From Podarcis muralis (taxonomy: Eukaryota): 64,000 nt of DNA. The notes beneath the pieces were generated by a model, which was given only the letters and a program-made list of their open reading frames with translations, made no database searches and was not told where the DNA came from. The DNA lies in NCBI RefSeq assembly GCF_964188315.1, contig NC_135657.1, positions 434,001 to 498,000 of the forward strand. The letters are read 5' to 3'. Positions 58,201 to 64,000 of the stretch are shown one piece after another; positions within the stretch are counted from its first letter, which is position 1, and every line of letters begins with the position of its first letter. The translations under genes and the position numbers were made by a program.

Positions 58201-59350
58201 ATTTGTAGTCAATCCTGAAGGGAAAAGACACTTTTGGACATTTTAAAGTATAACCAGACAGCCGCAGGAGACGATGTAGCAAAGTCAGTGGGAACAGAGA
58301 TGAAATGTTTCCTCCTCCATTGTGACGTCACAATGGAGACTAGCCTTCCCGGGGGGGGGGGGGTCCTGCTACAGAATGTAGGAGCCTCTTTACTCAATAC
58401 CGCAGTCTTCTTTAAAACAGTTTCCCCCTCTTCCCTCTGGAGAAGGGGGGCAGAAGTTTGCCTGCAAAGTTTCAAAGATCTTTTTTTCTTTAAGGCTTCT
58501 GAGCAGGTCAGCACTTCCTAAGAGGTTTTCAAGACGTGGGGAACGGGACTCCATAGGGGCCTCACCTGGTTGCAGAACACGCCCCCCCCCCCCGACACCT
58601 GTGACCTCATGGAGTTGGGGCCAAGCAGAGCCTGTTTTCTGCTGGGCTTTCAGTGGAAGCTGTCCTCTGGTTGTTCGTGTTTTGAATCGAGCAAAAACCA
58701 AGTGGGAAAAGATTAAAGAAATCCTAGTCAACAAATTGTACGGCATAATTAATTGACTCTGCAGATACCTGCATGCAAGGCAAAGTTCTGCAGAATGATG
58801 CCGAGAGAGGAGGGAGCTGGTGCTGGCACTCGGTGGAGTCTGTGTCACAATAACTGGACAAAGACACCTAAGAAGATAAGAATTTGTCTAATCCTCTTTT
58901 AAAGCCATTCAGGTTGCTAGTCCTCACTTCCTCTCATGGGAGCTTCCAGAATTTGTGTGGCACTTGGAGCTGCAGGACTTCTGCAAGCAGCGCTTTGGCC
59001 CAGAGGACGGGGAGGGGCTGGACCCAGGCGGGCTGTGTTTGGGGCCTGCGGCAGCCCCACCCTGTTCCCACCCGTCTTCAGTTCTGGCTCTTGATCTGAA
59101 GATCTGGGGGGTCTTGTGACTATTTGTTCCTCCTTCCTCCCCTTCGGCCCGCAGAGCCCTTCTGTACCTGCAGGAGCTGGCCGAAGAGTTGACCTCTGTG
59201 TACCAGCCGCCCGCTTGCAGAGAGCCCGTGGAGGACGCCCCGCGGCCACAGGAGCCCATCCGGAAGCGGCGAGGCCGGAAGCCCCAGAGCCAGAAGCGGG
59301 AGAGCGAGGAGGATGCGGATTTCAACCCCTCGGAGGAAGGGCTCTTGCAG

Positions 59351-59382
<32 letters not shown>

Positions 59383-61075
59383 CAGCGACCTGCGGCTCAG
59401 CGAGGTCTCCGACTCCGACCTGGAGCCTGGCCTGCGTGGAGCAGCGGTGACTATCTTGGGGGTCTGCTCAGAGGCCTCTGTGAATGAAGAGCAAGCCCGG
59501 CCCTTCTCTGGGGGCTCCTGGCTTGGGAGGGTGGGCTCCGTGGGCCTCTGTCCCTGACCCCCTCCTCCTTCTCCCCAGAGGCCCAAGAGCCACTGCCGAG
59601 GGTTTGCGTCCAATGGCTTACACAATTCCATCATGGCCCCCATCTGGAAGGCGCTCTCCATCACCCACCGTGTGTAAGTCGGGGGCAGCCTGCCCCACTT
59701 TGCCTTGCTGGTGGGGGAACTGAAGCACAGGAGGGGGGAGGAAAGGGGAGGGTCCCTGCCTTGCAGTTGTGCTGCTTCTGATGCCGCCGGGACAGAGCTC
59801 AGCTCCTTTACCGCATGACTCTGCAGTACGGAAAGGAGCTGCGCTCATTGTGCTGCCCTTCAAACAATACGATCGGGGGGGGGGGGGGGAACTGTGCGCC
59901 TGAAACATTCAGGCTGGTGCGGGTTCCAGGGACTCCAGCTGGGGCCCCGAGGGCGAGGACTGTTGTGTCCCAAAAGCAAGGAAGGATTGGACTCTGATTA
60001 ATAAAATATGCACGAGGCTTGACCAGCAAGACTCTGGGAGGGGTGCCAATAATAGTAATCTGTCCACCCCTTGGCCCAGGTCATTTTATTCACAAAAGAA
60101 CTCTTTATATAGTGTCCGTAAGAACCAATCAGATTTCCTCTGAGCATTTCAAAAAGCCCCATGTGGGGACAAAGTTAAAGTTAAAGCTACAAAGAGCTAA
60201 TTTGAGCATGCATACATTCTGGGGTAAATAAAAGAGGACCAGAGGAATGCATTCAGCAACCCCAGAGGTCATAAACAAGCAGTAAACATGAGGGGAAGGA
60301 TGGCAAGGAAGATAGGTATCTTTATCACCTCCTGTGTGAAACTATTTCCTGGCCCTAAGATTAACAAAACCAAAGAGGGGTACATCAAAGAAGGTACCTA
60401 CTATCTTGATGGCCCAGGATGAACAACTGGCCTGTGTTTAGAATGCTGATAGGTGCCTGTCAGGCAGAGAAATAGGACAGAGACGCAGAGGCGTGGATTG
60501 AGCAGAAATCATATCCAAATGGCTCAAACCCAGTCAACGTAATGCTTTCATTGCTGACACAAATGGCTTGCTCCATATTTCATAATTCCTCATAGCAATC
60601 CCACCTGATCGCTACAGAGGACTGCCTGGGTTTGTTCCTGCTGAGGTTGCCGGGATGCCCTCGTGATGCTGTCGCCCTCTGGGCTGGCCCCGTTCCCTCT
60701 TGCAGTTCTCTCTGACGCCATGTGGCTGTGTTTGCTTGCAGGCGTGAGCAGCTCTACTCCCACTGGGAGTTTCCAGAGTGGGTGCCCTCTGCCCGGAAGT
60801 GGGTCTTCCTCTCGGAGAGGTGAGTGGCCTCCTGACAAAGGGGGGGGGGCAGGGGCCAGTAACTCTGAAGAACATCTGGACCCAGGTTGGCAGTTGCAAT
60901 AATGGGGGGGGGAGTGCATGCTGGGGAGAGAGCAGGGAGAGGGTGCCCTGCGTGGCATGCCCTCTGGGCCCTTTGCCACTGCTGCCGCCAGCAGCAGGAG
61001 GAGCCCCAAATCTCCACCAGGAAAGAGGCCGCTTTGCATGGGCAGCCCAGCCCTTTGCGAGAGCCCAGAGGGGTC

Positions 61076-61121
<46 letters not shown>

Positions 61122-63849
61122 AAGGAGATCCTTGGAGTGAGTTTCCCCTCTTTCCTCCTTCCTCTTCCAAAGCGAAGCTGAGGAATACCTCCCCAGAGAG
61201 ACCAAGTCCCCGCTCTTCTGCATCAAGCGCGAAGGCCTCCACGAAGAAAGCAGCGTCCTCTACCGGATCAACAGGTGCCGGTCACTTTATGTAAACGTCT
61301 CTCCTGCCTTTCAGCCGAGAGTCCATCTTGCAGTACTTGGAAGAGCCCAGGAACCGCCTATGGGATCGGGCCAAGAGTCCAGCTCCCTGTTCTCAGTTGC
61401 CTGTGGGAAACCAGCCAGCAGGTTCTGAGCACCAGAGCAAATCACCCGTCCTGGGGCTTCCAAAGCCTGACTCTGGAGGCAGAGAAGTAGCCACTGAGAG
61501 CCCTCTCCTCCTCCAGGAATCTGCCTAATCCTCTTGGTGGCCCTCCCTGCCCTCCTTCAGGAAGGAGTTTCATCTGCCCTGTTTGAAGGGAGACTCCCAG
61601 CCTGTGAGCCCCTTGGCAAGACCCCCCTCCTCTTTCCCCTCTGGCAGGTTCAACGCCTTGCAGCCCCACGAGGAGCGCCTGGACGTCACCTTCTTCGTGG
61701 GGGGTCCCGTCTGGGCCATGGAGTGGTGCCCCACCCCAGAAGGATCCCCGGCCTCCCAGTACGCAGCCATCTACTGCAATCCCGGCATGGACGACCGGCA
61801 CAGCTTGGCGGGGACCCACGCGGGGCCAGCGCTGCTCCAGCTCTGGGAGCTGGGGCCCCTCCAGCAGGAGGCAGGGTGAGTGGGGAGGCCCCCTGCAGCG
61901 CTCCTTGGCCCTGCCTTCCCCTGGCTTCAGCCCCAGGGCAGCCTGGTGGCCGCCCAGTGGAGCTCAGCAGGGACATTTCCTGATCCCCAGGGACCCCTGG
62001 GCAAGGCGGGAGGGCAGGCGAGGAGGGGCTTTCTCTGCCACAGGACCAGAGAGGCTGGCACCTGTGAGCTGGGCCTCTCTGGGCCCCTGGCATGAAAGAG
62101 GGCACAGGTGGGGGGGGGGGAGAAGGAGAGAGGACCAACGGGTTTCCTGCTGCTGTGGAGTTCCCCGAAAGGAGATTCCCAGGACACCTCAGGAAGGCCT
62201 TCCTGCCAGTCTGAGCTGTTCAGCAGTGGACTGGGCTCCCTCCCTTGCTCAGCAGAGGTTGGGTGGCCGCCTGCCAGAGATGCTTTAGCTGTCACCCCTT
62301 TGCTGCAGGGGGTTGGGCTAGATGACCCCTGGGGTCCCTTCTGTGATTCCTCTCGAAGACGTGGCCACGCTGCTATGCTGGAGTCTGAATGGCCACGCTG
62401 CACCTGTGCTATGACCGCCTCCCCCGCCTCCTCTCCCCTTCCCAGGTCAGCCACCAAGCCGGGACTGGCCTACGGCATTGCCACCGACCACGGCTGCATC
62501 TGGGATATGAAGTTCTGCCCCAGCGGCGCCTGGGAGCCCCCTGCCACCCGCCACAAGGTACACCCGCTTCCCAATGCGCTTGAGAGACAGCACAGAGGCT
62601 GCGGGGGGGCAGGCTGACAAAGCCGGCTGCTTGCTGGGCCCCACAGCGTGGCGTCTCCCAGCTTTCTCTCCTGTCCCCAACAGTCGCCCTCCCAGATGAG
62701 CCGCCTGGGGCTGCTGGCCGTGGCCTTCTCTGACGGCAAGGTGCTGCTGTACAGCCTGCCTCACGCAGAGGACCTGCGTGGCTCCCGGAGAGCCCAGGTA
62801 ACAGGTAGGAAGAGCCGTGAAGGGACCCCTCCTCCCCTGGGTCACGGGGAGGGCTGGGTGCCAGGGCTGTGCCAGTGTGGTTCCCTTGGCGGGTGGCAAG
62901 GAGCATCTATTTCTCTTTCTTTCTCTCTCCTCCCCCTTCCTTCCTTCTTTTCTCTCTCTTGCTCTCTCTCTTTTTCTCTTTCTCTCTTTCTCTGCCTTGC
63001 CTGCTGTTTTGCCAGCTCAGGGCTGTTTTATGGGGTAGCGGAAGAGAGTCTCTCACCCAAAATGTTCTGGCAGAGACAGCTGCCCCCTCCCTGGTGGGGC
63101 TGGGGGGGGGCGAGCAGTGGCCTGGGTGCTCAGCCAGCCGTATCAGCTAATGAGCCTTGTAATGATATCTGTCTGCAGGAGTGATGGATGAGGCTGCAGG
63201 CGGGCGGCCTTGGGGGTGCTCAGCCCTGCCTCCTTGTTGGGGATAAAGGAGACTCGGTCCCACCTCCCTCTCCAGACACGCCCTCCATGAGACGCCACTG
63301 CTCAGCCCTCTGCCTGGCAGTGCCTTCCAGGGCATCTCTGGCTGACAGCTGGCTCCCTGACGGAGGTGCAGCCAGCCAGCCTCCCCCCCCCCCCAATCTC
63401 CATCTCCTGGTCCAAGGAGGGCCTTGGAGGAGGCGGCTGCTGCCCCAGCCCAAGAGTCCTCCCCCCCCCCCCCCCGCCTGCGTCTCAGAGATCCCTCAAT
63501 CCTTCTGAAGCAACTGCTCCACTGCCACCCTAAGAGCTATCAGGCAATTTCTCTGCCGGTGCCTTTTTAAAAAGGTCTCTTTTACAAGGCAGGGGCTACA
63601 GCCAGCCTGAGTCAGGAAATGAGGGTGCCGCCTGCGGGTGGGTCTAGAGCACTGTGGGGGGGGGTGTGGGCCTTTGGCTTGAGCAGCCTGAGAATCCTAG
63701 CCTTGCTTGCGTCAGGTAGGAGGGGGCAACCTGGCTTGGCTGAGGTGGGGGTGGGGGCGCTTTCTCTCACCCCACGGAGGCTGCTCCCGGCCTCACAGCA
63801 TCTCTCCCTCCTCCTAGGTGGGTCCTCCCCCCGGCACACCATCTGCAAG
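55234..63849 (+). CDS. GTF3C2: General transcription factor IIIC subunit 2 (TFIIIC110), 5' ten coding exons; gene continues beyond the window
   Basis: Exons: 55234-55588 (least certain), 56991-57372, 59155-59446, 59579-59673, 60742-60819, 61173-61274, 61648-61875, 62446-62557, 62684-62804, 63818-63849. Motifs [107 protein letters not shown]. Confidence 0.93.
55683..55928. mobile_element. Probable hAT-type MITE
   Basis: Inverted ends ccggattaag / cttaatccag, each with a subterminal gaggcccta motif, around an AT-rich core. TSD not resolved. Confidence 0.5.
56405..56610 (+). mobile_element. CORE/Squam3-like SINE
   Basis: gtggtgcaatgcttggagcattggactagg...gggttgaatcc...ctcacctacctcacaaggttgttgtg, with an A-rich tail. 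Confidence 0.7.
57690..57985 (-). mobile_element. L1-like 3' end fragment
   Basis: Poly-T with ttttttattg (AATAAA plus A-tail on the minus strand) and strongly A-rich minus strand. Confidence 0.55.
59961..60616 (-). mobile_element. 656-bp solo LTR in a GTF3C2 intron
   Basis: TGT...ACA termini and a perfect 6-bp TSD gaggac at 59955-59960 and 60617-60622. On the minus strand TATATAAA (60111-60104) is followed by AATAAA (60090-60085); CCAAT at 60125-60129. Orientation is inferred. Confidence 0.82.
61079..61119. repeat. (GT)n microsatellite
   Basis: About 20 GT units, read directly. Confidence 0.95.
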
Positions 63850-64000
63850 GTAAGTCCTGCCAGCCCCACGGAGGATCTCTTGGAGCCGCATCCTGAGCCC
63901 TCCAAGCTGCCCATGTTCTGAGGGGCAGGGACAAAGGGGGGCTCCCTGAGCTTGCCCATGTGCAGCCAGCTGCCTCCCTCATTGGTCCAGCTGCAGCTCT

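Overview
GC-rich vertebrate genomic DNA from a squamate reptile, probably a lacertid lizard (Sauria-type SINEs, BovB, L2 and CR1 copies). It corresponds to the human 2p23.3 gene cluster. Left to right: the 3' half of NRBP1 (+, with a 24-nt microexon), PPM1G (+, 10 exons, 578 aa), an RNF19-family RBR E3 ligase gene (-, 8 coding exons, 521 aa), ZNF513 (+, 482 aa), SNX17 (-, 15 exons, 471 aa), EIF2B4 (+, 12 exons, 526 aa) and the 5' part of GTF3C2 (+). Exon boundaries were built by hand from GT-AG sites and reading-frame continuity, and protein identities come from recall of the human orthologs; no database search was run. The most interesting feature is the RNF19-like gene, a third paralog located where human has only a short PPM1G-ZNF513 spacer. 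Its RING2 keeps the catalytic Cys but lacks the His and Glu of the RNF19A/B triad. It also has a chain of AUGA-overlapping uORFs with a polyQ, and tandem splice donors of which the stronger one is predicted to trigger NMD. Other points of note: NRBP1 orientation differs from human, a perfect TISU-driven uORF precedes SNX17, ZNF513 and SNX17 have interlocked polyA signals, a solo LTR with a 6-bp TSD lies in GTF3C2, and several DNA-transposon MITEs have clean TSDs.
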